Counted from the first letter of the stretch, positions 18,085 to 28,860 are shown. The stretch is 53,195 bases of DNA from Alphaproteobacteria bacterium (GCA_024639485.1 JAHEII010000007.1:1-53195), one strand, 5' to 3'. The notes: generated by a model from the sequence alone, not told the origin. Numbers and translations: made by a program.

Positions 18085-18735
18085 TCAGGAACGAACCCAT
18101 GGCGGCGATAGCCGCCCCATCATTCGTCCGGCCATTTTCATGCCTGTCTTTGCCATTTGGCGAGCAGGTGCCGTTACTTTAGGAAGGAATGATACCTCAC
18201 GCAGACGGCGAGAGATAAACTGATCCAGTTTGTCATGATCCGCCCCCGGATTAGCAACCCAATACGCCAGAGTTGCGCTATATACGCCAGCTAGCAATAT
18301 CCGCTTGGAATAGAAATTAAAATCAACCGATCTGTCACCGGCAATACGCCACATGCAATCAATAGAACGGTAAAGTGTCTGGACAGCAACCGGTGCATGT
18401 TGTGGGCGTGCCAGCATTTGCAATGCCCGTGATATCGCTTCGCGATGCGGAGCAGCGGCATCCAGTCTGATCATGATTAGCGCTTTGATAGTCGCGGTCA
18501 CACCGTCGGGACGATGTTCCAATGCGGCAAAGGCTTTGATCATGTCCTGATCGCTCATACTGACAAAGGCTTCTACTGCGCTGATAGCGCCACGCGGAAA
18601 CAGTTTTGCCAAGTCATCCGCTGACAGATTAAGGTCTTGCCCTGCGGCTTCCATGGCTTTATCTGTCCATCCATCGAATGGAACATGAACCAGCATGGCG
18701 TTTACTATGGTATGAATATCAACGTTTTCCATCAT
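18085..18735 (-). CDS. COQ9 family protein (rpsU-divergently transcribed protein)
   Basis: It is divergent from rpsU, the family-defining arrangement, and its helical protein sequence is consistent with COQ9. I placed the start at the ATGATG preceded by AGGTGA. The ORF track extends to 18801. Confidence 0.7.
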   Translation of the reverse strand: MMENVDIHTIVNAMLVHVPFDGWTDKAMEAAGQDLNLSADDLAKLFPRGAISAVEAFVSMSDQDMIKAFAALEHRPDGVTATIKALIMIRLDAAAPHREAISRALQMLARPQHAPVAVQTLYRSIDCMWRIAGDRSVDFNFYSKRILLAGVYSATLAYWVANPGADHDKLDQFISRRLREVSFLPKVTAPARQMAKTGMKMAGRMMGRLSPPWVRS

Positions 18736-18934
18736 TATCACCTTTGTTATGTTATATAGGTATGATCTGGTGATGTGCAATCCTTTTCGAAAACCCGCCA
18801 TTTATTAGGCGCATATTTGAGGAGTATTTGGCGGATTATATATGCCTTTGGGCTTTGCATGCGTTATGATCTATGCTATAAGCACCACTTCTTGAGTGAA
18901 AACTCTGTCTTTTTGATGGATTAATCCTCAAATT

Positions 18935-19189
18935 ATGATAGATAATGATAAATCATCGAGAATATTCGAAAGGAATGATGCCAAAGTGTTCGTAACAGTC
19001 AGAGACAATAATGTCGATCAAGCTCTGCGCGTCCTGAAAAAGAAGATGCAACGCGAAGGGATGTTCCGTGAAATGAAAAACCGTCGTAATTACGAAAAGC
19101 CGTCCGAACGGCGCGCTCGTGAAACGGCAGAATCAACTCGTCGTGTGCGTAAACTGATGCGTAAGCGGCTTGAGCGTGAGGGCTTTTAG
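18935..19189 (+). CDS. rpsU: 30S ribosomal protein S21
   Basis: [46 protein letters not shown] is canonical S21. The true start may be the GTG at 18986, which is preceded by an AGGAA RBS, rather than the ATG at 18935. Confidence 0.9.
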   Translation: MIDNDKSSRIFERNDAKVFVTVRDNNVDQALRVLKKKMQREGMFREMKNRRNYEKPSERRARETAESTRRVRKLMRKRLEREGF

Positions 19190-19215
19190 TCCAAGCCTTC
19201 CATAATTGATCTATT

Positions 19216-19252
19216 AAAAAAGCCACCTGTTTTTGAGGTGGCTTTATTTTTT
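19216..19252 (+). terminator. rho-independent terminator after rpsU (A-tract upstream, possibly bidirectional)
   Basis: aaaaaagccacc-tgtttttga-ggtggct followed by ttatttttt. Confidence 0.8.
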
Positions 19253-19356
19253 GTCATGTGATGGAAAATCAATTGGTTCCGGCCATTATGTATCCCGTCA
19301 TCATGCCGGTCATCTGGCCAGAACCGCAATTAATCCCATATCTGGTTTTAAATGAT

Positions 19357-20757
19357 CTAGTGACCACCTGACATGGTTTTAATAATGTCTTCACACACTT
19401 TCTTAGCATCACCAAATAGCATCATGGTGTTGTCGTTAAAGAATAACGGATTATCGACTCCGGCATAGCCCGATGCCATAGAACGCTTGACGAACAGTAC
19501 CGTCTTGGCACGTTCCACATCCAGAATAGGCATGCCGTAAATGGCAGATGTTGGATCCGTTTTCGCCAGCGGATTAGTCACATCATTCGCCCCAATGACA
19601 AACGCCACATCAGTCTGGGCAAAATCACGGTTGATTTCATCCAGTTCAAGCACTTCATCATATGGAACATTGGCTTCAGCTAGCAGAACATTCATATGCC
19701 CCGGCATACGGCCAGCCACCGGATGAATAGCGTATCGCACTTCAACGCCTTCGGCTTTCAACATATCCGTCATTTCGCGCAACGCGTGCTGTGCCTGTGC
19801 TACGGCCATGCCATAACCCGGAACAATAATGACAGATGACGCATTACCCATGATAAAGCTGGCATCATCGGCACTGCCCTGCTTAACGACTTTATCGCCG
19901 TTATCTGCGGCAGTACCTGTTGCCGCTTCACCGCCAAAGCCACCCAGAATCACGCTGAAGAAAGACCGGTTCATCCCCTTACACATAATATAGGACAGAA
20001 TAGCACCACTCGCCCCAACCAGTGAGCCAGTGATAATCAGTAACGGATTACCAAGCGTAAATCCGATACCAGCGGCCGCCCATCCCGAATAGGAATTAAG
20101 CATGGATATCACCACCGGCATATCCGCACCACCAATAGGAATAATGATCAGAACACCAGCAACCAGCGCAAGCACAAATACAAGCCAGAACGCAACAATG
20201 CTGTTTGTTGTTGCCATCCACGCCACTAGCGCAATCAGCAGAATACCAAGCGCGGCATTCAGAATATGCTGGCCGGGAAAGGTAACCGGCTTGCCCGTGA
20301 TCAGACCTTGCAGTTTACCAAACGCAATGATGGAACCGGTGAAGGTAATCGCACCAATCGCCAGACCTAATGACATTTCAATCAGACTGCCCATGGCAAT
20401 ATTGCCCGGAACACCAATGCCGTACGGCGTGGGGTTATAAAACGCCGCCATCGCAACGGTACAGGCCGCCAGACCAACCAGCGAATGGAACGCCGCCACC
20501 AGTTGTGGTAAGGCCGTCATTTGAATACGCATGGCAATAAAGGCGCCAATACCGCCACCAATGACGATACCGGCAATGATCAACCCATAACTGTTAACCT
20601 CAGGCAGGGATATCGTGGTCAGAATGGCAATCGCCATACCACCCATGCCATAAAAATTACCAGAACGTGCTGTTTCTGGTGACGATAGACCGCGCAAAGC
20701 CATGATAAACATCACGGCGGCGATCAGATAAAGATATGCTGAAAATGACGCGCCCAT
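19357..20757 (-). CDS. pntB: NAD(P) transhydrogenase subunit beta
   Basis: 466 aa with an N-terminal multi-TM domain and a C-terminal dIII NADP(H) domain (VIIVPGYGMAVAQAQH, GRMPGHMNVLLAEA, GANDVTNP). Confidence 0.95.
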   Translation of the reverse strand: MGASFSAYLYLIAAVMFIMALRGLSSPETARSGNFYGMGGMAIAILTTISLPEVNSYGLIIAGIVIGGGIGAFIAMRIQMTALPQLVAAFHSLVGLAACTVAMAAFYNPTPYGIGVPGNIAMGSLIEMSLGLAIGAITFTGSIIAFGKLQGLITGKPVTFPGQHILNAALGILLIALVAWMATTNSIVAFWLVFVLALVAGVLIIIPIGGADMPVVISMLNSYSGWAAAGIGFTLGNPLLIITGSLVGASGAILSYIMCKGMNRSFFSVILGGFGGEAATGTAADNGDKVVKQGSADDASFIMGNASSVIIVPGYGMAVAQAQHALREMTDMLKAEGVEVRYAIHPVAGRMPGHMNVLLAEANVPYDEVLELDEINRDFAQTDVAFVIGANDVTNPLAKTDPTSAIYGMPILDVERAKTVLFVKRSMASGYAGVDNPLFFNDNTMMLFGDAKKVCEDIIKTMSGGH

Positions 20758-20759
20758 AT

Positions 20760-21173
20760 CTATTTCCCTTTACGCTTGAACATGGCCAGCATGCGCTGGG
20801 TTACAATAAATCCACCAAAGATATTAATGGATGCCAGAATGACCCCGATAAAGCCCATGATCTGGGCAAAGCCAAACTCCGATGGCCCCGCCGCGATTAA
20901 AGCACCAACAATAATCACCGAAGAAATGGCATTGGTCACACCCATCAATGGCGAGTGCAGAGCAGGCGTTACACGCCAGACCACATAATAGCCAACAAAA
21001 CAGGCCAGAACCAGAACTGTTAATCCGAAATAAAGCGGCTCAACAGCCCCATGCCCAACCGCCTCAGAACTCATGCTGGTAATGGCATTCTCAAGCGACT
21101 TGCTGGATTCCAGCAATTCGGATGCCTGTCCGGAAATTGTTTTTGCTTGTGACAGCAGAACATCACTCGCCAT
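20760..21173 (-). CDS. pntAB: NAD(P) transhydrogenase subunit alpha part 2 (membrane dII piece)
   Basis: 137 aa hydrophobic protein ([24 protein letters not shown]) located between pntAA and pntB. Confidence 0.88.
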   Translation of the reverse strand: MASDVLLSQAKTISGQASELLESSKSLENAITSMSSEAVGHGAVEPLYFGLTVLVLACFVGYYVVWRVTPALHSPLMGVTNAISSVIIVGALIAAGPSEFGFAQIMGFIGVILASINIFGGFIVTQRMLAMFKRKGK

Positions 21174-22338
21174 CTTTATCCCCTTCCTTTTCTGTAGACG
21201 CCTTAGCTGGCTTTGCCGCTTTTGTCGACTTGGCTGGCTTTGCCGTCTTGGTAATTAGGCTACTGGTAATGATTTCATCATCACTATCTGTTTTGAGGGA
21301 CTTGCTTTCTTCGTCCCACAGATTTGTCATAAAATTGAGCACATTCTTGGCATATAGACTGGACGCTACCTCAGGCAGACGACCAGCGATATTAGTATAT
21401 CCGACCAGAGTCACGCCATGTTTGACGGTGACTTTTCCGGATTCACTCAATGGACAGTTACCGCCCTGTTCCACCGCCAGATCAACAATAACCGACCCCG
21501 GTTTCATGGATTTAACCATGTCTTCCGTTACCAGAACCGGTGCCGGACGTCCGGGAATAAGCGCCGTTGTGATAATAATATCCTGTGTCTTGATTGTATC
21601 AGCAATCAGCTGGGCCTGTTTGGCTTTATAGCCATCGCTCATTTCTTTGGCATAGCCACCTGATGTTTCTGCCGCCTTGAACTCCTCGTCTTCGACAGCA
21701 ACAAATTTACCGCCCAGCGATTCAACCTGTTCTTTCACCGCTGGCCGCACATCCGTAGCAGACACCACCGCGCCAAGCCGTTTGGCCGTCGCGATTGCCT
21801 GCAATCCGGCAACACCGGCACCCATAACCAGCACCTTGGCTGGCGGCACTGTTCCTGCCGCCGTCATCATCATGGGAAAGGCACGGGTAAATACGGCGCT
21901 TGCCTCAAGCACGGCACGATATCCGGCCAGATTAGCCTGACTGGACAGAACATCCATTGATTGCGCCCGTGTAATCCGTGGCACCAGCTCAAGCGCGTAT
22001 CCGGTTACACCAGCATCACCCAGCATCGCACCGGTATCGGTTTCGCTATACGGCTCCATCAAGCTGATCAGCGTTGAGCCAGCAGACATTTTGCCAATCT
22101 CATCCTTGCTAGGTGGCCGCACCTTGAATACCAGATCAGCACCAAGCGCTTTGACGGTTGTTACCATGCTGGCACCAGCCGCTTCAAACGCGCTATCGGG
22201 AATAAGTGCAGCATCACCAGCACTTTTTTCAACAGCAACCGAAAAGCCCAGACCAATAAGTTTTTTAATGGTATCCGGTACGGCGGCGACACGACTTTCA
22301 TCACTTCGTGTTTCTTTTGGAATTCCAATTATCATCAT
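21163..22338 (-). CDS. pntAA: NAD(P) transhydrogenase subunit alpha part 1 (dI, Re/Si-specific), with a Lys/Ala-rich C-terminal tail
   Basis: 391 aa. It shows MIIGIPKE....E.RVA..P, the Rossmann motif [22 protein letters not shown], and an alanine-dehydrogenase/PNT fold. It overlaps pntAB by 11 nt. Confidence 0.92.
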   Translation of the reverse strand: MMIIGIPKETRSDESRVAAVPDTIKKLIGLGFSVAVEKSAGDAALIPDSAFEAAGASMVTTVKALGADLVFKVRPPSKDEIGKMSAGSTLISLMEPYSETDTGAMLGDAGVTGYALELVPRITRAQSMDVLSSQANLAGYRAVLEASAVFTRAFPMMMTAAGTVPPAKVLVMGAGVAGLQAIATAKRLGAVVSATDVRPAVKEQVESLGGKFVAVEDEEFKAAETSGGYAKEMSDGYKAKQAQLIADTIKTQDIIITTALIPGRPAPVLVTEDMVKSMKPGSVIVDLAVEQGGNCPLSESGKVTVKHGVTLVGYTNIAGRLPEVASSLYAKNVLNFMTNLWDEESKSLKTDSDDEIITSSLITKTAKPAKSTKAAKPAKASTEKEGDKDGE

Positions 22339-23726
22339 TTATCCTCACGTTCAGCGTCTTCCGTAGTATTATGTTGCCAGAGATGGTCTGGCAGTCCTGC
22401 AAGTTGAGCCGTTTCTTTTTGGCGGCTCCTTAATGTTTCCACATCAAAATCATCTATCAAACCTTCAAACAGACGATGCCAGTTTACTTCAGCTTTCAGA
22501 TGCATGAAAACAGAGCCTAAACCAAGCGCGGCTCTATCCATTAAAACAAACTCCCGCGGGGGCTTTACGCCACCAATGCGTTTTAACTCTTCATGAACCT
22601 GCATCGCCAGCTCGCGCCCATAAGCACCACCACGCATATCCTGAATGGGTCTGGCACGATCTTCTAGTAATGGAGTGTAAATGAAACGTGCCCATATGTT
22701 CAAGACATTTACGGTTTCCCGATCCAGTCCTCTAAATCCCCAATACTCATAGGCGGCCACGGCCTGTTCTTCGTTATCATCACGCAGCGCTTGATAAAGT
22801 TCAATCACGCCCCGAACAAAATCCGGCCTAAACAAACGAATACAGCCATAATCCAGCAAATTCACACCACCATCTTTGGTAATGGTATAATTGCCGGGAT
22901 GGGGGTCACCATGAATAACGCCATAGTAATAAAACGGAACATACCATGTCCGGAACATGTTTTCTGCTACCTTATTACGCAGGGACTGATCTTCGTTTTC
23001 CTCAATAAATGTTTTCAGCTTAGAACCTTCTAGCCATGTCATAGACAACAACCGCTGTGTAGAAAGCGCATCAACCGTTTCCGGCACATGGGCGCCCTCA
23101 ACATCATTGAGCATGGCACGGTAAAGCCGCATATTTGCCGCCTCGCGCCGATAGTCCAGTTCTTCTTCCAGCCGTTCTGCCAGTTCTGTATGAATCTCGG
23201 ATGTTGAAATCGCTTTGTCATATCGCTCATAAAGCGAAAAGATCAATTTCAGCTGGCGCAAATCTGCTTGCACCGCTGACGCCATATCCGGATATTGTAG
23301 CTTACACGCCAGATGTGCTCCGTCATGGCCAGTGGCGCGATGCACCTGTCCCAGCGACGCGGCGGCGGCGGCGGTTTTTTCAAACTCGGCAAATTGCGCC
23401 TGCCAGTCCGAACCCAGTTCGGATGCCATGCGGCGCTTAACAAACAGCCAGCCCATAGACGGTGCATCAGTTTGCAGATTAGCCAGTTCTTCGGCATATT
23501 CACGCGGCAGGGCTTCGGGAATCGTGGCAAGGATTTGCGCGACTTTCATCAACGGGCCTTTCAGTCCACCCAGCGCATCACGCAACTTTGCCGCGTGTTC
23601 TTCGCGATTGATCTTAATGCCCAGATAGCGCTCACCAGCCATTTTTATAGCCAGATTACCCATCGTGCCGGTCACACGGGCATAACGCCGGAAACGGCCG
23701 CCTATTCCTGATTTCTCATCAGCCAT
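22335..23726 (-). CDS. ABC1/AarF/UbiB family atypical kinase
   Basis: 463 aa. It shows LGGLKGPLMKVAQILATIPEALPREYAEEL, AAASLGQVHRA, and the catalytic HGDPHPGN motif. The stop overlaps the pntAA start (ATGA). Confidence 0.88.
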   Translation of the reverse strand: MADEKSGIGGRFRRYARVTGTMGNLAIKMAGERYLGIKINREEHAAKLRDALGGLKGPLMKVAQILATIPEALPREYAEELANLQTDAPSMGWLFVKRRMASELGSDWQAQFAEFEKTAAAAASLGQVHRATGHDGAHLACKLQYPDMASAVQADLRQLKLIFSLYERYDKAISTSEIHTELAERLEEELDYRREAANMRLYRAMLNDVEGAHVPETVDALSTQRLLSMTWLEGSKLKTFIEENEDQSLRNKVAENMFRTWYVPFYYYGVIHGDPHPGNYTITKDGGVNLLDYGCIRLFRPDFVRGVIELYQALRDDNEEQAVAAYEYWGFRGLDRETVNVLNIWARFIYTPLLEDRARPIQDMRGGAYGRELAMQVHEELKRIGGVKPPREFVLMDRAALGLGSVFMHLKAEVNWHRLFEGLIDDFDVETLRSRQKETAQLAGLPDHLWQHNTTEDAEREDK

Positions 23727-25536
23727 CTGTCACCTTATTTCCGTTATCTGTTATGCCGGATAATTCATTTTCCAGCTGATCAATCATGCCTGCAATCATA
23801 TCCAGCCCTGATGACCAGAATGCCGGCTCACGCGCATCCAGTCCAAACGGTGCTAGCGCTTCGTCATGACGTTTGGTGCCGCCCGCGCGCAATAAATCCT
23901 GATAAGCCGCAACAAAAGCGGCACGATCAGCATCGGTGCCGGCATGTTGATATTTTTGCCACAGCGCCCCAACCAGTCCATCACCAAACGCATAGGCATA
24001 AACATAAAACGGCACATGGATAAAATGCGGGATAAACCCCCAAAGCGGCCGGTATGTATCATCCAAACGGATAGCAGAACCTAACGCTTCGCTTTGTGTT
24101 TCCATCCAGATATCGCTGATCTGATCCAGCGTTAGTTCAGCCGATTGCCGCATATCATGAACTCTGGTTTCAAAATTGTGAAAGCCGATTTGCCGCACGA
24201 CTGTGTTCAGCATGTCTTCGATTTTACCTGCCAGCAAAGCCCGCCGCTGGGTACTGTCTGTTGTCTGTTCCATAAGCCGGTTAAACACCAGCATCTCACC
24301 AAATACGGATGCCGTTTCGGCCAGTGTTAATGGCGTACCGGCCATCAGATGCCCCTGATCAGCGGCCAGCAATTGATGAATCCCGTGACCAAGTTCATGC
24401 GCCAATGTCATAACATCACGCACCTTGCCATGAAAATTGACCAGAATATACGGATGTGCAGAGGGCACAGTCGGATGCGAAAACGCGCCTGATGCCTTAC
24501 CGGAACGGGTTGGTGCATCAATCCAGTTGCGATCAAAAAACCATTCTGCCATCTGGGCAAACATCGGATCAAACTGACCAAAAGCATCAAGAATAATCGC
24601 CCGCGCCTCATCCCATGTGAACACACGGTCATCATCCCCCGGCACTGGCGCGTTACGATCCCACCAGTCCAGCTGATCCTTACCCATCCAGCGGGCTTTC
24701 ATCTGATAATAGCGATGGCTGAGATTTGGCATAGCCGCCGTGACGCTGTTAGCCAGCTGGTCTACCACCACATCCTCAACATCATTAGCCAGATTGCGGG
24801 ACGATACCGGACGGGTGAAGTTCCGCCATGTATCATCAACATGCTTATCCTTGGCAATCGTATTCAGAATTAACCCCATGATGCGGCTATTCGCGGCTAA
24901 TACCTCTGATCTGGCCAGTCCCGCTTTGCGCCGAATCTCCGGATCAGGGTCGCTCATCATATCCATGATTTCTGCTTCGGTAACATGCTTGTCGTCTATC
25001 GGAAAGCTCAACCCTGCCGCCGTTTCATCAAATAATCTGATCCATGCGCCGCGCCCCGAAGACTGGCGGTCAATCAGCATGGTTTCCAGTTCCAGCGACA
25101 GCTGATGATCACGAAACGCCCTGACCAGTCTGATCCATGGCGCCCATCTATGCATCACCGGATCAGCCATGATCCGTTGCATATCGGCATCATCCATCTG
25201 TGCCAGTTCATGTTCAATAAACACAAGCTTGGCGTGGATAGCGTTTTCTGCTTCCCGCGTATCTTGTGCCTGTTTGCTGGTTTCCGGCCGCGACAGGTCA
25301 GCCGCGAAAGACAAATCCGCAAAACTGGTTAAACGGGAAGTCAGCTCGGACAGGGATTGATAGGCAATCAGCAGCGTATTCAACGTAGCACCATCAGACG
25401 CGGCCAACTTGCCCTGATGCTTTTCAGCCAGTGCCGTTGCGTCTTTAAGCGCGGTTGTCATTTGATCATGTAACGGCACATCACTGGCCGGATCATACAG
25501 ATCGTCAAGCGACCATTCGGGTAAAATAGCATTCAT
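23719..25536 (-). CDS. pepF: M3 family oligoendopeptidase (PepF-like)
   Basis: 605 aa with the zinc motif HELGHGIH plus a downstream E (ETASVFGE). It overlaps the kinase start by 8 nt. Confidence 0.88.
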   Translation of the reverse strand: MNAILPEWSLDDLYDPASDVPLHDQMTTALKDATALAEKHQGKLAASDGATLNTLLIAYQSLSELTSRLTSFADLSFAADLSRPETSKQAQDTREAENAIHAKLVFIEHELAQMDDADMQRIMADPVMHRWAPWIRLVRAFRDHQLSLELETMLIDRQSSGRGAWIRLFDETAAGLSFPIDDKHVTEAEIMDMMSDPDPEIRRKAGLARSEVLAANSRIMGLILNTIAKDKHVDDTWRNFTRPVSSRNLANDVEDVVVDQLANSVTAAMPNLSHRYYQMKARWMGKDQLDWWDRNAPVPGDDDRVFTWDEARAIILDAFGQFDPMFAQMAEWFFDRNWIDAPTRSGKASGAFSHPTVPSAHPYILVNFHGKVRDVMTLAHELGHGIHQLLAADQGHLMAGTPLTLAETASVFGEMLVFNRLMEQTTDSTQRRALLAGKIEDMLNTVVRQIGFHNFETRVHDMRQSAELTLDQISDIWMETQSEALGSAIRLDDTYRPLWGFIPHFIHVPFYVYAYAFGDGLVGALWQKYQHAGTDADRAAFVAAYQDLLRAGGTKRHDEALAPFGLDAREPAFWSSGLDMIAGMIDQLENELSGITDNGNKVTDG

Positions 25537-25671
25537 GGTGTCATCCTCAACACTCTATATATATGGCCTAAGCAAAACAGCAAGATCAAGTTGCTAGCAA
25601 ATAATACTTGCAAAACGAAACATTAGAGAAAACAGTAAGATAATGAAGATAATTTTACAAAGGTGTGGAAA

Positions 25672-26625
25672 ATGAAAATCGGATTTATTGGCCTTGGCAA
25701 TGTTGGTGGCAAGCTGGCAGGAAGCCTTATTCGTAACGGTTATGATGTCACAGTTCGTGATCTGGATAAATCTGTCGCCCAGGCTTTTATCGATAAAGGC
25801 GCTGGTTGGGCAGACAGCCCCAAGGCGATGGCCGAACATTGTGATATGATCATCACCTGCTTGCCTTCACCCGCCGCATGCGCCGCTGTCATGGAAGCCG
25901 AAGATGGCATCCTTGGCGGATTAAGCGCTGGTAAAATCTGGGCAGAAATGAGCACCACAGACGAAACCGAGGTCAAACGGCTAGGCGCGTTAGTCGAATC
26001 AAAAGGCGCATCAGCGGTGGATTGTCCGGTATCTGGCGGATGCCATCGGGCGGCCACCGGAAATATTTCCATTTTTGCCGGTTGTGACCGCGACGTGTTT
26101 GAGCGCATCTGTCCCGTGCTAACCACATTAGGACGCCGGGTTCTGCATACTGGCGTGCTAGGCAGTGCATCCATCCTCAAAGTAGCAACAAATTATCTGG
26201 CCACTGCAAATCTGCTAACCGTATGCGAAGCGCTGGCTACAATGAAAAAAGCCGGCATGGACCTCAACACCGCTTATGAGGCGTTCCGCATTTCTTCTGG
26301 CACATCATTTGTTCATGAAACCGAAGGACAGATTATTCTGAACGGTAGCCGCGATATTAATTTCACCATGGATTTAGTGCTGAAAGATATCAGCCTGTTT
26401 CAGGATATTGCCGACCGAAGCGGCATCACGCTTGAGATATCACCATTAATGATTTCCATTTTTGAAGATGGCATAGCGCGTTACGGATCAAGAGAGCTAT
26501 CACCAAATATTATCCGACGACTGGAAGACGATAACGATGTCAGCGTTCTGGCCTCTGGCTTTCCGGCTGACATTGTCGATGATGAACCCGAAGAGCCGGG
26601 CTATGAGGTTGTACCAAAACGGTAA
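25672..26625 (+). CDS. NAD(P)-dependent oxidoreductase, 3-hydroxyisobutyrate dehydrogenase (HIBADH/beta-hydroxyacid dehydrogenase) family
   Basis: MKIGFIGLGNVGGKLA is a Rossmann motif, and the catalytic region GSASILKVATNY is present. I placed the start at the ATG after an AAAGG RBS. The ORF track begins at the GTG at 25663. The C-terminal end is acidic. Confidence 0.8.
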   Translation: MKIGFIGLGNVGGKLAGSLIRNGYDVTVRDLDKSVAQAFIDKGAGWADSPKAMAEHCDMIITCLPSPAACAAVMEAEDGILGGLSAGKIWAEMSTTDETEVKRLGALVESKGASAVDCPVSGGCHRAATGNISIFAGCDRDVFERICPVLTTLGRRVLHTGVLGSASILKVATNYLATANLLTVCEALATMKKAGMDLNTAYEAFRISSGTSFVHETEGQIILNGSRDINFTMDLVLKDISLFQDIADRSGITLEISPLMISIFEDGIARYGSRELSPNIIRRLEDDNDVSVLASGFPADIVDDEPEEPGYEVVPKR

Positions 26626-26688
26626 ATACCGGCTGAATTAACCTTGCCAATATGACAAGGAGTTTATGACTTGCGATATAGGTGATCT

Positions 26689-27174
26689 ATGAAATGGGGA
26701 CATGGTAAATTATTATTTATTCATATTGCAGATGCCGCGTCTGAAGATATGAAGGAGTTACCTTTTGCTGAACTAATCGAAGGCAAAGGCATCAAAGGTG
26801 ATAGATACTTTAAAGGGACAGGAACATATTCAGATATTCCTGACGTTAGGGATGTCACCCTGATCGAAAAAGAAGTGCTTGATGCTCTGGAACAGAATCA
26901 ACCACCCCTGCAGGATAAAAGCATAATATTAAAACCTCACGAACACCGGAGAAACCTGACGACTGTGGGCGTTCCTTTGAACTATCTTGTGGGAAAGCAA
27001 TTTAAAATTGGGGATGCCGTATTAGAAGGCGGAAGACTGAACTTCCCCTGCAAGTATCTTGAAAAATTGCTCAATAAACGTCTGGTTCTGCCCTTATATA
27101 ACAGGTCAGGTTTAAACTGCAGAGTCATTAAAAGCGGCACAATCAAACAGAATGATATTATAGAACCGCTTTGA
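26689..27174 (+). CDS. MOSC domain-containing protein
   Basis: 161 aa. It shows the EGKGIKGDRYF motif, is the size of a MOSC beta-barrel, and has a C-terminal GxIKxxDxI segment. The local sequence is AT-richer than its neighbours. Confidence 0.6.
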   Translation: MKWGHGKLLFIHIADAASEDMKELPFAELIEGKGIKGDRYFKGTGTYSDIPDVRDVTLIEKEVLDALEQNQPPLQDKSIILKPHEHRRNLTTVGVPLNYLVGKQFKIGDAVLEGGRLNFPCKYLEKLLNKRLVLPLYNRSGLNCRVIKSGTIKQNDIIEPL

Positions 27175-27296
27175 AATTACGTTCCATCCGTTATTGTCAC
27201 GCTTCGCACATATTATTTCTTAAACTTGTGAAAAGAAAATAGTCTACAGACATGCGTGCTGGGGGGACTTACCCCATCATAACTATTCTAGTATGT

Positions 27297-27677
27297 CTAT
27301 TTTTTAGAACTGGTATTATTCACCGCAATCTGACAATGCGCCAGCCGTTTAAACCGGTAATCCGCAAACCAGTTATAGCATAGTCTTGCGACTTGTTTCA
27401 CCACTGGCAGAGAAACCAGCATCGCCAGTAGCCGCCAGTAATTGAGCTGGCGCCAGATCACAAGGAACGCATCCGCGCCAATATGCCATCCCCCGGACGC
27501 ATCACGCACATGAAGCCGCCGCAACGCATCGCTTTGCGAAATCTGATATTGGCTGAGAGGGGCGGGATCATGTGCAATATCCAGCCAGTTAAAAATGCCG
27601 TCTGGAGCAATCCGGCGATAATAGGTGATTTCTTTGCTACAAAGCCCGCATTTACCATCATAGAAAACATCTAACAT
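27297..27677 (-). CDS. thiol-disulfide oxidoreductase DCC family protein (DUF393)
   Basis: The N-terminal VFYDGKCGLCSKEI contains the family-defining DxxCxxC motif. Confidence 0.8.
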   Translation of the reverse strand: MLDVFYDGKCGLCSKEITYYRRIAPDGIFNWLDIAHDPAPLSQYQISQSDALRRLHVRDASGGWHIGADAFLVIWRQLNYWRLLAMLVSLPVVKQVARLCYNWFADYRFKRLAHCQIAVNNTSSKK

Positions 27678-27816
27678 TATTATATCCTAATAAATATTAT
27701 GCTCTGCTCATCAGAAATGTCATAACAGGCTACATCATATAACCATAACATTGATTAGCAATGTATATATATTGATAGCGGCAAACCTAAATTCAAATTC
27801 TTATCAGAATCCGCAT

Positions 27817-28860
27817 TTATCGGGGCGCGTAATATTCAACACCATGCTGATCAGTATCACATGTTAGCGCATTCTGTTTCACCAGATGATACAAATGGGC
27901 ATGCGCCTCACCACTGGCAAAATAACGCTCATGTTCGTTCAATTCCATGGGGAAAAGCACATCCATCGCGGATGTCACGGTTAATGGCGCTTGATCTGCC
28001 TGATCCAGCAATTGCATCAACCGCCCCTGATGGTGCTGTATTAATCCGGCGGCGCGAGTTGATACAGCATGAAAAGCCCAGTCATGGCCGGGTAAAACCA
28101 GCCAGTCATCACCCCATGTCAGAATATCTGCCAGATAGGCAAAATAATGTCCAAGCATATCATCAACCGGCCCAGCCAGCGGCGTGGCAATATTCGGGGT
28201 GATGCGCGGCAACAGAAAATCACCACTGAGAAAAATCCGCCTATCCGGATCATAAAGCCCGATATGATGTTCAGAATGTCCCCGATCACAACGGATATGC
28301 CATTGCCCCGATATTCCGGCCAGTGTATCGCCAGCGTCTATATATCTGGCATCCGGCGTTCTGGTCGTTTTATCGCTGTAATGATTGCCGCGCTCAATCA
28401 GATCATTCAGGATAGTCTGATCAAATCCGTAAGCCCGATACCGGTCGACCATCATATCGGCAAAAGCCGCATCAGTCATAGTGGTCAGAGTCACCGATTT
28501 TTGATGTTCTATCCGGCTCATCAAAACCTCGGCACCGGTCAATTCCGATAAGGCATAGGCATAACCAATATGATCAGGGTGATAATGCGTAACCAGAATT
28601 CGCCGAACCGGATAATCCGTAAATGGCGGTGCCGCCAGCAGATTCTGCCAGCACTGGGCAATATGATCCGAATATATCCCCGTATCAATAATGGTCAGCC
28701 CGTCATCTGCCAGCAGGACATATAGATTGACGTGATTAAGCCGGAACGGTAGCGGCATTCTGATCCACCAGATATCCTCGGCAATTGCAACAATCTGGCC
28801 ATCAGCAGGTGCAGGAATATCAGCTTTAGGTGGTGGAGTTATGTTGGCAGACATGGTCAA
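27817..28860 (-). CDS. MBL-fold metallo-hydrolase
   Basis: 347 aa with THYHPDHIG (the HxHxDH motif) and downstream His/Asp ligands (GHSEHH, PGHDW). Confidence 0.8.
   Translation of the reverse strand: MTMSANITPPPKADIPAPADGQIVAIAEDIWWIRMPLPFRLNHVNLYVLLADDGLTIIDTGIYSDHIAQCWQNLLAAPPFTDYPVRRILVTHYHPDHIGYAYALSELTGAEVLMSRIEHQKSVTLTTMTDAAFADMMVDRYRAYGFDQTILNDLIERGNHYSDKTTRTPDARYIDAGDTLAGISGQWHIRCDRGHSEHHIGLYDPDRRIFLSGDFLLPRITPNIATPLAGPVDDMLGHYFAYLADILTWGDDWLVLPGHDWAFHAVSTRAAGLIQHHQGRLMQLLDQADQAPLTVTSAMDVLFPMELNEHERYFASGEAHAHLYHLVKQNALTCDTDQHGVEYYAPR

Noticed and set aside
21122-21631. 169-aa ORF antisense to pntAA/pntAB; similar antisense ORFs at 20102-20440, 25740-26180, 46286-46783, 48509-49075 and 44011-44511
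   Set aside because: All lie inside strongly supported genes on the other strand and have no motifs of their own.
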